64,000 bases of DNA, from positions 16,990,001-17,054,000 of the forward strand of contig NC_058383.1 of the NCBI RefSeq assembly GCF_018350175.1, in the 5' to 3' direction. How positions within the stretch are numbered: the stretch's first letter is position 1; each line of letters begins with the position of its first letter. This document shows positions 25,680 through 39,979 of the stretch, piece after piece. The position numbers and the translations under genes were made by a program. The notes below the pieces were generated by a model, which saw only the letters and a list, made by a program, of their open reading frames with translations, had not been told where the DNA came from and searched no databases. This stretch comes from Felis catus. Lineage: Eukaryota.

Positions 25680-26800
25680 CTATCAATAGCTTTTTCTTGA
25701 CTAAGTTGCTCTGCTCTTCTTATAAAATCAATCAGCTCTTCTGTGTTTCTGGTGCCTGAAAATACTGTAAATAGTGCTGTTCTGTCCAATGGGAGCAGTT
25801 TTTAGGATGACATTTTAAATTTCTTCTGTTGCTTCCACATGTAGCATGAGAGTGTCTGTCCTTTCTCAAACATAGCCAATAGTCTTAATTTAATTATTGT
25901 ATGATTAGCTTCCCTGATATTTTCCATTGAGATGTTTTTCAGGGATGGCATTAGATATAGGCCATCTTACTGTCTAGGCCTATGCTATCCAATCAAAGAT
26001 CTTTGTAAATTAATATTATTTTCTCCAAATACTCTAAGATGTTGACTAAATTCAGTATTGGTGGTAAGAGGTCTGGGTTGCACATCCTCTGTTCCTATGA
26101 GGATCAGACTGTGCTCTCATTTGCAGCATAATTCTAATAGCTGCTGTGTTTCTGTGTCTAAATCAGTTGTTGGGACTCAATTCTATTTTTTTTTTCAGTT
26201 ATCTAGTATAAGCTTTCCCTTCAGTGACTCTGACTAGTTTCATATTATCATTTGTTGTGGTTTTGTCTATTTTCATGGGCTTAACTACTAGTAAGTTAAA
26301 GTTACCAGGATCAAAAAGGTTAAAACAATTATTATTTTCAGGGCTTTTAGGAACAAAAAGGTCAGGGGTGCTTTTTATTCTGGAGATTACTTTTTGTACT
26401 ACTTTTGTACTGTTCTTTTTCTACCTATTGACATCTATGTTACTTAATGCTCCTAAGAAGAACATTGGGAAGACCTCCTTATTTGGTCTTTCAAATATAT
26501 GCTATAACTCACTGGCTTGGGAAATGAGGCCAACATCTGGAGTTTCTTTTTTCTGGATTATATCTTCAGTAAGATTCCAAGTGCCCTCATAAGTTATTAT
26601 ATAATCCAATCTACCACTAAAGCACCCCTTGAGTAATTTGGATATGGTTAATGAATGAGGGATTGCCCTTCTGCCTTTTACAACAGTGTTCAAAGTTTTG
26701 TTTTAAAGACGTTTAATAGAGCATTCCAAAATGTTCATATTATGGTAAAGCAGTATTAAGATAATTATTGTGGCCAATGTTAGTATCCAATCTATCATGG
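25680..26800 (-). mobile_element. Decayed retroviral gag-like reading frame (possibly ERV-L class)
   Basis: Long frame with few stops; VRVTEGKAYTR resembles the ERV-L gag YTxKEL region; recognition is tentative. Confidence 0.4.
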
Positions 26801-27104
26801 CTCTATAAATTTTGTCTATTCACAGTCTGTTTATAATTTTGGTATAATGCCACAAATGGTAAATAGAATATTAAATGTAAAGTTTGCCTGTCCAATAATT
26901 GGCTTTATCAGGTTTTGGTCAATTATGAACTTAACATAAGTTACCAACTTGAATTTCAAATTTGGCATGGAGTATGATATAACCCACAGCACTGACCAAG
27001 TTTAATTATTACTATTTTGGGGTGGGTACGAACTATGTCAATTATTTTGTTTTGGGGAAACTTTTTTTCTTTGATAATATTTTTATTTTTTTCTTCATTT
27101 AAGA

Positions 27105-30100
27105 CAGATTTTATTTTGTTTTTTAATATAATTTATTGTCAAATTAGCTAACATACAGTGTGTAAGTTGTACTTACACAAGTAGATCCCTGTGGTTCATT
27201 GCTTACATACAACACCCAGTGCTCATCCCGACAAGTGCCCTAAGTCCTCAATGTTCATCACCCATTTTCTCCTCTCCCTCACCACCACATCAACCCACAG
27301 ATTGTTCTCTGTATTTAAGAGTCTGTTATGGTTTGCCTTCCTCCCTCTCTGTTTTTAACTATTTTCCCCCTTCCCTTCCTCCATGGTCTCTGTTAAGATC
27401 CACATATGACTGAAATCTATGATATGTCTTCCTTTGACTGACTTATTTCACTTAGCATAATACCTTCCAGTTCCATCCATGTTGCTGCAAATGGTATGAT
27501 TTCTTTCTTTCTCATTGCCAAGTACTATTCCATTGTCTATACATAACCACATCTTCTTTATACATTTATCAGTTGATGGATATTTAGGCTCTTTCCATAA
27601 TTTGGCTATTGTTGAAAGCGCTGCTATAAACATTGGGGTACATGTGCCCCTGTGGATCAGCACTTCTGATTCCTTTGAAAATTCCTACTAGTGCTATTGT
27701 TTGGTCGTTGTTTTGTTTTGTTTTGTTTTGTTTTTTGAGGAACCTCCATACTGTTTTCCAGAGCAGCTGCACCAGTGTGCATTTCCTCCAACAGTGCAAG
27801 AGTGTTCCCTTTTCTCCACATCCTCACCAGCATCTGTTGTTTCCTGAGTTGTTAATTTTAGCCACTCTGACTGGTGTGAAGTGGTATCTCAGTGTGGTTG
27901 TGATTTGCATCTCTCTGATGATTAGTGATGTTGAGCATTGTTTCATGTGTCTGTTGGCCCCCTGGATGTCTTCTATGGAAAATTGTCTATTCATGTTTTC
28001 TGCCCATTTCTTCACTGGATTATTTGTTTTTCAGGTGTGGAGTTTGGTAAGTTCTTTATAGATTTTGGATACTAACCCTTTATCTGATATGTCATTTGCA
28101 AATATCTTTTCCCATTCCGTTGTTTGCCTTTTAGTTTTGTTGATTATTCCTTTGCAGTGCAGAAACTTTTTATCTTCATGAGGTCCCAATAGTTCATTTT
28201 TGCTTTTAATTCCCTTGCCTTTGGAGATGTGTTGAGCAAGAAATTGTTTCAGGTGAGGTCAAAGAAGTTGTTGTCTGCTTTCTCCTCTAGGGTTTTGATA
28301 GTTTCATGTCTCGCGTTTAGGTCTTTCATCCATTTTGAGTTTATTTTTGTGTATGGTGTAAGGAAGTGGTGCAGGTTCATTCTTCTGCATGTTGCTGTCC
28401 AGTTCTCCAAGCAGCACCACTTGCTGAAGAGACTGTCTTTATTCCATTGACTATCCTTTCCTGCTTTGTCAAAGATTAGTTGGCCATACTTTTGTGGGTC
28501 CAATTCTAGAGTCTCTATTTGATTCCATTGGTCTATGTGTCTGTTTTTGTGCCGATACCATCCTGTCTTGATGATTACAGCTTTGTAGTAGAGGCTAAAG
28601 TCTGAGATTCTGATGCCTCCCACCTTGGTCTTCTTCAAAATTACTTTGGCTATTTGGGGTCTTTTGTGGTTCCAGACAAATTTTAGGATTGCTTGTTCTA
28701 GCTTTAAGAAGAATGCTGGTGCAATTTTGATTGGGATTATATCAAATGTGTAGATAGCTTTGGGTAGTATTGACATTTTAACAATATTTATTCTTCCAAT
28801 CCATGAGCATGGAAGGTTTTTCCATTTCTTTGTATCTTCTTCAATTTCCTTCATAAGCTTTCTATAGTTTTCAGCATACAGATCTTTTACATCTTTGGTT
28901 AGGTTTATTCCTAGGTATTTTATGGCTCTTGGTGCAACTGTAAGTGGGATCGAAGACTTGATTTCTCTTTCTTTTTCTTCATTATTGATGTATAGAAATG
29001 CAACAGATTTCTGTACATTGATTTTTTACCCTGTGACTTTGCTGAGTTGATCTATCAGTTCTAGCAGTTTTTTGGTGGAGTCTTTCTGGTTTTCCATGTG
29101 GAATATCAAGTCATCTGCAAAAAGTGGAAGCTCAACTTCTTTGCCAATTTTGATGGTTTTTATTTCATTTTGTCATCTGATTGGTGATTTTAGGACTTCC
29201 AACACTATGTTAAACAACAGTTGTGAGAGTGGACATCCATGTCGTGTTCCTGATCTCAGGGGAAAGATCTCAGTTTTTCCCCATTGAGGATAATATTAGC
29301 TGTGGGATTTTCATAAATGGCTTTTATGATGTTTAAGTATGTTCTTTCTATCCCAACATTCCTGAGAATTTTTATTAAGAAACGATGCTGTATTCTGTCC
29401 AATCCTTTTTCTGCATCTATTGACAGGATCACATGGTTCTTATCCTTTCTTTTATTAACGTGATGTATCACATTGATTTGCAAATATTGAACCTGCCCTG
29501 AAGCCCAGGAATGAATCCCACCTGATCATGGTGAATAATTCTTTTTATATGCTGCTGAATTCAATTTGCTAGGACCTTGTTGAGAATTTTTGCATCCATA
29601 TTCATCAGGGATATTGGCCTGTAATTCTCCTTTTTTTGTGGGGTCTCTGTCTGGTTTGGGAATCAAAGTAATGCTGGCTTCATAGGATGAGTCCTGAATT
29701 TTTACTTCTGTTTCTATTTTGGAACAGCTTTAGAAGGATAGATATTATCTCTGCTTTAAATGTGTGGTAGAATTCCCCTGGGAACCATCTGGCCCAGGAC
29801 TCTTGTTTGTTGGGGCATTTTTGATAACTGATTCAATTTCTTCACTGGTTATGGGTCTGTTAAAATTTTCTATTTCTTCCCGTTTGAGTTTTGGTAGGGT
29901 GTGGGTGTCTAGGAATTTGTCCATTTCTTCCAGGTTGTCTTATTTGTTGGCATATAATTTTTCTTAGTATTCTGTAATAATTGCTTGTATTTCTGAGGAT
30001 TTGTTATCATAAATCCATTTTCATTCGTGATTGTATCTATTTAGGTCCTCTCTCTTTTCCTTTTGAGAAATCTGGTTAGGGGTTTATGAATTTTGTTTAT

Positions 30101-33100
30101 TTTTTCAAAAAACCAGCTCTTAGTTTCATTGACCTATTCTAATGTGTTTTTGGATTCTAGATTGTTTATGCTCTGATTTTATTATTTCTCTTCTACTGCT
30201 GGCCTTGGGGTTTCTTTGTTGTTCTGCTTCTAATTCCTTTAGGTTTGATGTTCCATTTTGTATTTGGGTTTTTTCTTGTTTCTTGAGATGGGCCTGGATT
30301 GCAATGTATTTTCCCCTTAGGACAGCCTTTGTTGCATCCCACAGGGCTTTGACTGTCTTGTTTTCATTTTCATTTCTTTCCATATATTTTTAAATTTCTT
30401 CTTTAATTTCCTGGTCACCCATTCATTCTTTAGTAGGATGTTCTTTAACTCCATGCATTTGGAGGTTTTCCAAACTGTTTCCTGTGGTTGATTTCAAGTT
30501 TCATAGCATTATGATCTGAAAAGGGGCATGATATGATGTCAATTCTTTTATATTTATTGAGGGTTGTTTTGTGACCGAGCATGTGATCTATCTTGGAGAA
30601 TGTTCCATGTGCACTCAAGAAGAATGTGTATTCTGTTGCTTTTGGATGAAAAGTTCTGAATGTATCTGTCAAGTCCATCTGGTCCAGTGTATCATTCAGG
30701 GCCATTGTTTCTTTACTGATTTTCTGTCTAGATGATCTGTCCATTGTTGTTAGTGGAAAATTAAAGTCCCCTGAAATTACCACATTCTTACCAATAAGAT
30801 TGCTTACATTTGTGAATGTTTTATATATTTGGATGCTTCCATATTCAGTGCATAAATATTTATAATTGTTATCTCTTCTTGATGGACAGACCCATAATTA
30901 TGATACAATGCCCTTCTTCATCTCTTGTTACAGCCTTTAGTTTAAAATCTAGTTTGTCTGATATAAGTATGGCTACTCCAGCTTTCTTTTGACTTCCAAT
31001 AGCATGATAGATGCTTTCCCATCCCCTCACTTTCAATCTGAAGGCGTCCTCAAGTTTAAATGTGTCTTTTGTAGACAGCAAATAGATAGATCTTGTTTTT
31101 TATCCATTCTGATACCCTATGTCTTTTGATTGGAGCATTTGGTCCATTTACATTCAGAGTTATTACTGAAAGTTACGGATTCAATGTCATTGTGCTATCT
31201 GTAGGTTTCATGTTTGTAGTGATTCCTCTGATCCTTTGTGATCTTTGCAACATTACACTCACAGAGTCCCCTTAGGATCTCTTGTAGGGCTGGTTTAGAG
31301 ATGATGAATTCCTTCAGTTTTTGTTTGGGAAGACCTTTATCTCTCCTATTCTGAATGACAGACTTGCTGGATAAAGGATTCTTGGCTGCATATTTTTTCT
31401 GTTCATCACATTGAAGATTTCCTGCCACTCCTTTCTGGCTTGCCAAGTTTTAGTAGATAGGTCTGCTACTCCCCTTATGTGTCTACCCTTGTAGGTTAAG
31501 GCCCATTCGTTCTAGCTGCTTTCAGAATTGTCTTTTCTTTCTATTTTACTAGTTTCACTATAGTATGTTGTGCAGATCGATTCAAGTTATGGCTGAAGGG
31601 AGTTCTCTGTGCCTCATAGATTTCAATGTCTGTTTCCATCCCTAGATTGGGGAAGTTCTCAACTATGATTTGTTCAAGTACACCTTCCGCCCCTTTCTCT
31701 CTCTCTTCTTCTGGGACTCCTATGATATGGATATTATTCCATTTCATTGAAGCACTTAGTTCTCCAATTCTCCCTTCATGGTCCAGAATTTTTTTATCTC
31801 TCTTTTTCTCAGCTTCATCTTTTTCAGTAATTTTATCCTCTATTTTACTGATCTCCCCTCTGCCTCTTCAATCCTCACTGTCACTGAGTCCAGTTTATTT
31901 TGCACCTCAATTACAGCATTTTTAATTCATCATGACTATTTTTTAGTTCCTTTATCTGCTGCAATAGGTTCTCTGCTGTCTTCTATGCTTTTTTAAAGCC
32001 CAGTGATTAATTTTATGACTATCAATATACATTCTTGTTCAGTTATACTGTTTATATCTGTTTTGATCAATTCTTTAGCTGTCATTCCTTCCTGGAATTT
32101 CTTTTGAGGAGAATTAATCATCTTGGCTAGTTTTCTATCCCTTATATGTTTTAAAGCATTTTATGTGCCCTGTGCCTGTGAGCACTACTATATTCAGAGG
32201 TGTTTTTTTGGAGAGTGTTACTTGCTCTCTGTTGTTGTGACTCTAGTTGTTTTATCACCTTACTCATAGTGAGCACCAGGTGTGCACACACCAGGGATGC
32301 TTTGATTTGTTCACTGAAGTAGCACTAGAAAAGAAAACAAACAAAAACAGGAAAAAAAACACCAGCTACATCAATATAATGGGCTGGTGGCATTGTTGAT
32401 TGAGGAAGCTTTATCCCATACAAAGAGAGATGTGACAGGGGCAGGGAGAAAGAAAAGAAAAGAAAATTGACCAGGCAGAGAAACTCTATGGCTTAATCCA
32501 GAGAGAGAGAGGGAAAAATAAAGAAGGAGATATAGAACAGATATAAAGAGAATAGATTGAATATGTCTGCTTAAACAAACCAACAATGAGAATAACTAGA
32601 CTAGAGGAAGGAAGAAATAAGAAGGAGAAAAGGAAGGGGGGGAAGGAAAAAATAAATATATACATATATATGTATATATGTATATACAAATATATATATA
32701 TGTATATATGTATATACAAATATATATATGTATATATGTATATACAAATATATACATATATATATATATATATACATATTTGTCCAAAATTGTCCAAAAT
32801 TAAATCAGAAAATGAACAACCGCTGGGTGCCTTGGGACCAGTGGCAGTGCTGGTCTGGAGGAAGTGCTGTCTGGTTCTACAGCATCAGTCCTGTTCCAGT
32901 AGATATGCAGTTATCAAACATGAAGGGGAGTGGTTTAGTGTAGTTAGGCCCCACCTCCAATGTGGGCTTGCTGTCTGTTCCCTGAGTCCCCACCTTGTTG
33001 GTGATGGTGAGAAAAATGGCAACATCCCAGTCTCTCTTCCACAGAGTGGGTGTCCCAAACCACTCTGTTCAGGTTGTCCTCACAGTGTAATGGAGAAAAT

Positions 33101-33165
33101 GAGGCAGTTTGTCCTGTTCTGCCAACTCCCACACCTCCCTGTTGCTTGGCTGGGATTTAAACCCT
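27105..33165 (-). mobile_element. Near full-length L1, inactive
   Basis: 3'UTR, ORF2 EN/RT fragments, ORF1 fragments and 5' region in order; many frameshifts; (TATATG)n-type tract 32655-32778. Confidence 0.92.
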
Positions 33166-33178
33166 GATGTCTTCATTT

Positions 33179-36100
33179 TGGAGTGAAGATGGTTGCATAG
33201 GAGGACTCTGGGCTCACCTCATCCTGCTAATCACTTAGATTCCACCAACATCTGCCTAAATAACCCAGAAAACCACCAGAAGACTAGCAGAACGGACTCT
33301 CAGGAGACAAGCATAGACAACAGGCCCACAACAGGGTAGGAAGGGCAGAGAGGCAGTGCGTGCTACATGGACTGGCAGGAGGGAGCCGGGTGGTGAAGGG
33401 GCAGCCCGCCTGGCAAGGCAAAGCCCTTTGCAAAAGCAGAGGGGTTGGACTGTGTGAGTTCTGACAGCCAGCAGGACTTAACATCTGGAATGTTAAAAGT
33501 CAACAATTCTGCTCTTAGAGAGCAGGGAGGGCAAGAGGACACCGGGAGGGAGATTTGCTGAGCCCCAGAAGACAGAGCTCAGCTCAGCGGGAATAAAGGT
33601 GCCGGCAAGCACCATATCCCTCTCCCATCCCCCAGCCAAAACCACAAAGGGAACTAGTTCCCATCACTGAACTTGCTGGCACCACCCAAACACCCAATGC
33701 TGTGCTTCTGTGGACCCATCTCTCTGACGGGTCTGCCTCCCTCCTGTGCTGTGGGGCCCCTCCCACAGGGGCCCATTGAAGGCAAATTGAGCTAAGACTT
33801 CACCTCCTGCCCCTGTGCATCTTGCGGATCCATCTCAGCTAATACACCAGATCCCAATGAAGCAGCACTACATGCTTGGCAGTGTGCAAGTAGTCCAGAC
33901 AGGGGCCACACCACTCCACAATGAGTCTGGCCCCTGGGAGAGGGGAAGATAAGGTACAACCAGTCTGACTGTGGTCCCAGTGGTGGGCTGGAGACAGACA
34001 TTGGGTCAGACTGCAGCCCCGCTGACCAACACAAGCTACTCAAGACAGCACAGGGGAAGAGCCCTGCAGTTTGGAACCACCGCAGGGACTATCCAAAATG
34101 ATGAAATGGAAGAACTCTCCTTAAAAGAAACTCCATGAAGTAGTGACAGCTAACGAATTGATCAAAAACGATTTAACCAATATAATGGAACAAGAATTTA
34201 GAATAATAGTCATAAAATTAATCACTGGGCTTGAAAAAATCGTAGAGGACAGCAGAGAATCTATTGCTACAGAGATCAAGGGACCAAGAAATAGTCATGA
34301 GGAGCTAAAAAATGTTATAAATGAGGTGCAAAATAAAATAGAGGCGACCACAGCTTGGATTGAAGAGGCAGAGGAGAGAATAAGTGAATTAGAAGATAAA
34401 ATTATGGAAAAAGAGGAAGCTAAGAAAAAGAGAGATAAAAAAAAAATCCAGGACTATGAGGGGAAAATTAGAGAACTAAGTGATGCAATCAAACGGAACA
34501 ATATTCATATAATAGGAATTCCAGAAGAGGAAGAGAGAGAGAAAAGGGCTGAAGGTGTACTTGAACAAATCATAGCTGAGAAGTTTCCTGATCTGGGGAA
34601 GGAGAAAAGCACTGAAATCCAAGAGGCACAGAGAACTCCTTTCAGATGTAACTTGAATCGATCTGCACGACATATCATAGTGAAACTGGCAAAATACAAG
34701 AATAAAGACAGAATTCTGAAAGCAGCTAGGGATAAACACGCCCTAAAATATAAAGGGAGACTGATAAGACTAGTGACAGACCTATCTACTGAAACGTGGC
34801 AGGCCAGGAAGGAATGGCAGGAAATCTTCAATGTGATGAACAGAAAAAAATGTGCAGCCAAGAATCCTTTATCCAGAAAATCTGTCATTCAGAATAGAAA
34901 GAGAGATAAAGGTCTTCCCAAACAAACAAAAACTGAAGGAATTCTTCACTACTAAACCAGCTCTACAAGAGATCCTAAGGGAGATTCTGTGAATTAAATG
35001 TTGCAAGGACCGCAAAGGACCAGAGACATCACTACAAGTATGAAATCTACAGACATCACAATGACTCTAAACCCATATCTTTCAATAATAACACTGAATG
35101 TAAATGGACTAAATGCGCCAACCAAAAGACATAGGGTATCAGAATGGATAAAAAAAAACAAGACCCATCTATTAGCTGTATACAAGACACTCATTTTATT
35201 TTTTTAATTTTATATATGAAATTTGTCAAATTGGTTTCCATACAACACCCAGTGCTCATCCCAAAAGGTGCCCTCTTCAATACCCATCACCCACCCTCTC
35301 CTCCCTCCCACCCCCCATCAACCCTCAGTTTGTTCTCAGTTTTTAACAGTCTCTTATGCTTTGGCTCTCTCCCACTCTAACCTTTTTCTTTTTTCCTTCC
35401 CCTCCCCCATGGGTTCCTGTTAAGTTTCTCGGGATCCACATAAGAGTGAAACCATATGGTATCTGTCTTTCTCTGTATGGCTTATTTCACTTAGCATCAC
35501 ACTCTCCAGTTCCATTCACGTTGCTACAAAAGGCCATATTTCATTTTTTCTCATGGCCACGTAGTATTCCATTGTGTATATAAACCACAATTTCTTTATC
35601 CATTCATCAGTTGATGGACATTTAGGCTCTTTCCATAATTTGGCTATTGTTGAGAGTGCTGCTATGAACATTGGGGTACAAGTGGCCCTATGCATCAGTA
35701 CTCCTGTATCCCTTGGATAAATTCCTAGCAGTGCTATTGCTGGGTCATAGGGTAGGTCTATTTTTAATTTTCTGAGGAACCTCCACACTGCTTTCCAGAG
35801 CGGCTGCACCAATTTGCATTCCCACCAACAGTGCAAGAGGGTTCCCATTTCTCCACATCCTCTCCAGCATCTATAGTCTCGTGATTTGTTCATTTTGGCC
35901 ACTCTGACTGGCGTGAGGTGATAGCTGAGTGTGGTTTTGATTTGTATTTCCCTGATAAGGAGCGACGCTGAACATCTTTTCATGTGCCTGTTGGCCATCC
36001 GGATGCAAGACACTCATTTTAGACCTGAGGACACCTTCAGACTGAAAGTGAGGGGATGGAGAACTTTCTATCATGTTACTGGAAGTCAAAAGAAAGCTGG

Positions 36101-39100
36101 AATAGGCATACTTATATCAGACAAACTAGACTTAAATTAAAGTCTGTAACAAGAGATGAAGAAGGGCATTATATAATAATTTACAGGGTCTATCCATCAG
36201 GAAGAGCTATCAATTATAAATATCTATGCACTGAATACGGAAGCCCCCAAATATATAAAACAATTAATCACAAACATAAGCAACCTTTTTGATAAGAATG
36301 CGGTAATTGCAGGGGACTTTAATACTCCACTTACAACAATGGATAGATCATCTAGACACAGGATCAATAAGGAAACAAGGGCCCTGAATGATACATTGGA
36401 TCAGATGGAATTGACAGATATATTTAGAACTCTGCATCGCATAGAATGCACATGGAACATTCTTCTTGAGTGCACATGGAACATTCTCCAAGAGAGATCA
36501 CATACTGGGTCACAAAAAAGCCCTTCATAAGTACACAAGAATTGAGATCATACCATGCACACTTTCAGACCACAATGCTATGAAACTTGAAATAACCACA
36601 GGAAAAAGTCTGGAAAATCTCCAAAACATGGAGGTTAAAGAACACCCTACTAAAGAAGGAATGGGTCAACCAGGCAATTAGAGATGAAATTTAAAAATAT
36701 ATGCAAACAAATGAAAATGAAAACACAACAATCCAAATGCTTTGGGACGCATCAAAGGCAGTCCAGAGAGGAAAATGCATCGCAATCAAGGCTTATCTCC
36801 AGAGACAGGAAAAATCCCAAATACAAAATAAACAGCACACCTAAAGGAACTAGAAGCAGAACATCAAAGACACCCCAAACCCAGCAGAAGAAGAGAAATA
36901 ATAAAGATCGGAGCAGAAATAAACAATATAGACTCTAAAAAAAACTGTAGAGCAGATCCATGAAACCAAGAGTTGGTTTTCAAAAAAAATAAACAAAATT
37001 GATATCTGTAGCCAGGCTTCTCAAAAAGAAAAGGGAGATGTCCCAAATAGATAAAATCACAAATGAAAATGGAATTATTACAACTAATCCCTCAGAAATA
37101 CAAGCAATTATCAGGGAATACTATGAAAAATTATATGCCAACAATTGGACAACCTGGAAGAAATGGACAAATTCCTAAGCACCCACACACTTTCAAAACT
37201 CAAACAGGAAGAAATAGAAAACTTGAACAGACCCATAACCAGCGAAGACATTAAATCAGTTATCAAAAATGCCCCAACAAATAAGAGTCCAGAATTCCCT
37301 GGGGAATTCTACCAGACATTTAAAGCAGAGATAATACCTATCTTTCTCAAGCTGTTCCAAAAAATAGAAAGGGAAGGAAAACTTCCAGACTCATTCTATG
37401 AAGCCAGCATTACTTTGATTCCTAAACCAGACAGAGACCCAGAAAAAAAAGAGAACTACAGGCCAATATCCCTGATGAATATGGATGTAAAATTCCCAAC
37501 AAGATACTAGCAAATCGAATTCAACAGCATATAAAAAGAATTATTCACCATGATCAAGTGGGATTCACTCCTGGGCTGCAGGGCTGGTTCAACATTCGCA
37601 AATCAATCAATGTGATACATCACATTAGTAAAAGGAAAGATAAGAACCATATGATCCTGTCAATCGATGCAGAAAAAGCATTTGACAAAATTCAGCATCC
37701 TTTCTTAATAAGAGAAAGGATAGGGAGAAAGTTGGGATAGAAGGAACATACGTAAACATCATAAAAGCCATTTATGAAAAGCCCACAGCTAACATCCTCC
37801 TCAATGGGGAAAAACTGAGAGCTTTTTCCCTGAGATCAAGAACACGACAGGGATGTCCACTCTCACCGCTGCTGTTTAACATAGTGTTGGGAGTGTTAGC
37901 ATCAGCAATCAGACCACAAAGGGAAATCAAAGGCATCAAAATTGGCAAAGATGAAGTCAAGCTTTCACTTTTTGCAGATGACATGATAGTATACATGGAA
38001 AACCCGACAGATGCCATAAAAAGTCTACTAGAACTGATACATGAATTCAGCAAAGTCGCAGGATACAAAATCAATGTACAGAAATCAGTTGCATTCTTAT
38101 ACACTAATAATGAAGCAACAGAAAGACAAATAAAGAAAATGATTCCATTCACAACTGCACCAAGAAGCATAAAATACCTAGGAATAAACCTAACCAAAGA
38201 TGTAGAAGATATTTATGCTGAAAACTATAGAAAGCTTATGAAGGAAATTGAAGAAGACACAAAGAAATGGAAAAACATTCCATGCTCATGGATTGGAAGA
38301 ATAAATATTGTCAAAATGTCAATACTACCCAAAGCTATCTACACATTCAATGAAATCCCAATCAAAATTGCACCAGCATTCTGTTCGAAGCTAGAATAAG
38401 CAATCCTAAAATTTGTATGGAACCACAAAACACCCAGAGTAGCCAAAGTAATTTTGAAGAAAAAGACTAAAGCGGGAGGCATCAGAATCCCAGACTTTAT
38501 CCGCTACTACAAAGCTGTAATCATCAAGATAGCGTGGTATTGGCACAACAGACACATAGACCAATGGAATTGAATAGAAACTCCAGAATTGGACCTACAA
38601 AAGTATGGCCAACTAATCTTTGACAAAGCAGGAAAGGAGAGTCAATGGAATAAAGGCAGTCTCTTCAGCAAGTGGTGCTGCTGGGAGAACTAGAGAGCAA
38701 CATGCAGAAAAATGAAACTAGATCACTTTCTTACACCATTCACAAAAATAAACTCAAAATGGACAAAGCACCTAAAATGTGAGATAGGAAACCATCAAAA
38801 CCCAGAAGAGAAAGCAGGAAAAAAACCTCTCTGACCTCAGCTGCAGCAATTTCTTACGTGACACATCCCCAAAGGCAAAGGAATTAAAAGCAGAAATGAA
38901 AATTGGGACCTCATGAAGATAAAAAGCTTCTGCACTGCAAAGGAAAAAATCAACAAAACTAAAAGGCAACCAACGGAATGGGAAAAGATATTTGCAAACG
39001 ACATATCGGATAATGGGCTAGTATACAAAATCTATAAAGAGCTCACCAAACTCCCCACCCAAAAAACAAATAACCCAGTGAAGAAATGGGCAGAAAACAT

Positions 39101-39960
39101 GAATAGACACTTCTCTAAAGAAGACATCCAGATGGCCAAAAGGCACATGAAAAGGTGCTCAACGTCACTCCTCATCAGGGAAATACAAATCAAAACCACA
39201 CTCAGATACCATCTCACGCCAGTCAGAGTGGCTAAAATGAACAAATCGGGAGAATACAGATACTGGAGAAGATGTGGACAAATGGGAACTGTTTCCACTC
39301 TGGAAAACAGTGTGGAGGTTCCTCAAAAAATTAAACATAGATCTACCCTATGACCCAGCAATAGCACTGCTAGGAATTTACCCAAGGGATACAGGCTTGC
39401 TGATGCATAGGGGACACTTGTACCCCAATGTTCATAACAGTACTTTCAACAATAGCCAAATTATGGAAAGAGCCTAAATGTCCATCAACTGATGAATGGA
39501 TAAAGAAATTATGGTTTATATACACAATGGAATACTACGTGGCCATGAGAAAGAATGAAATATGGTCTTTTGTAGCAACGTTGATGGAACTGGCGAGTGT
39601 TATGCTAAGTGAAACAAGTCATACAGAGAAAGACAGATACCATATGTCTTCACTCTTATGTGGATCCCGAGAAACTTAACCGAAGACCATGGGAGAGGTG
39701 AATGAAAAAAAAAAAAAGAGAGAGAGAGGGAAGGAGCCAAACCATAAGAGACTCCTAAAAACTGAGAACAAACTGAGAGTTGATGGGGGTAGGAGGGAGG
39801 GGTGGGTGCGTGATGGGTATTGAGGAGGGCACCTGTTGGGATGAGCACTGGGTGTTGTATGGAAACCAATTTGACAATAATTTCATATATTGAAAAAAAA
39901 GAAAAAAAAGAAAAGAAAAAAAAAGAAAAGAATAAAATAAAATAAAGGAAATAAAATAAA
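33179..39960 (+). mobile_element. Full-length L1, inactive
   Basis: 5' end ggagtgaagatgg; ORF1 ATG 34098 with a stop at codon 9; ORF2 from ~35061 with [10 protein letters not shown] and frameshifts; A-rich tail. Confidence 0.93.
35199..36005 (-). mobile_element. 5'-truncated L1 nested antisense in the ORF2 endonuclease region of the host L1
   Basis: 16-bp TSD caagacactcatttta at 35183 and 36006. Confidence 0.92.
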
Positions 39961-39979
39961 ATTTAAAAATTTAAAAATT

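Noticed and set aside
32586..33167. 193-aa Ile/Tyr-rich ORF
   Set aside because: Translation of a TA-rich microsatellite inside an L1 5' region.
33179..39960. Possible active full-length L1
   Set aside because: ORF1 has an early stop and a frameshift; ORF2 is fragmented and interrupted by a nested L1.
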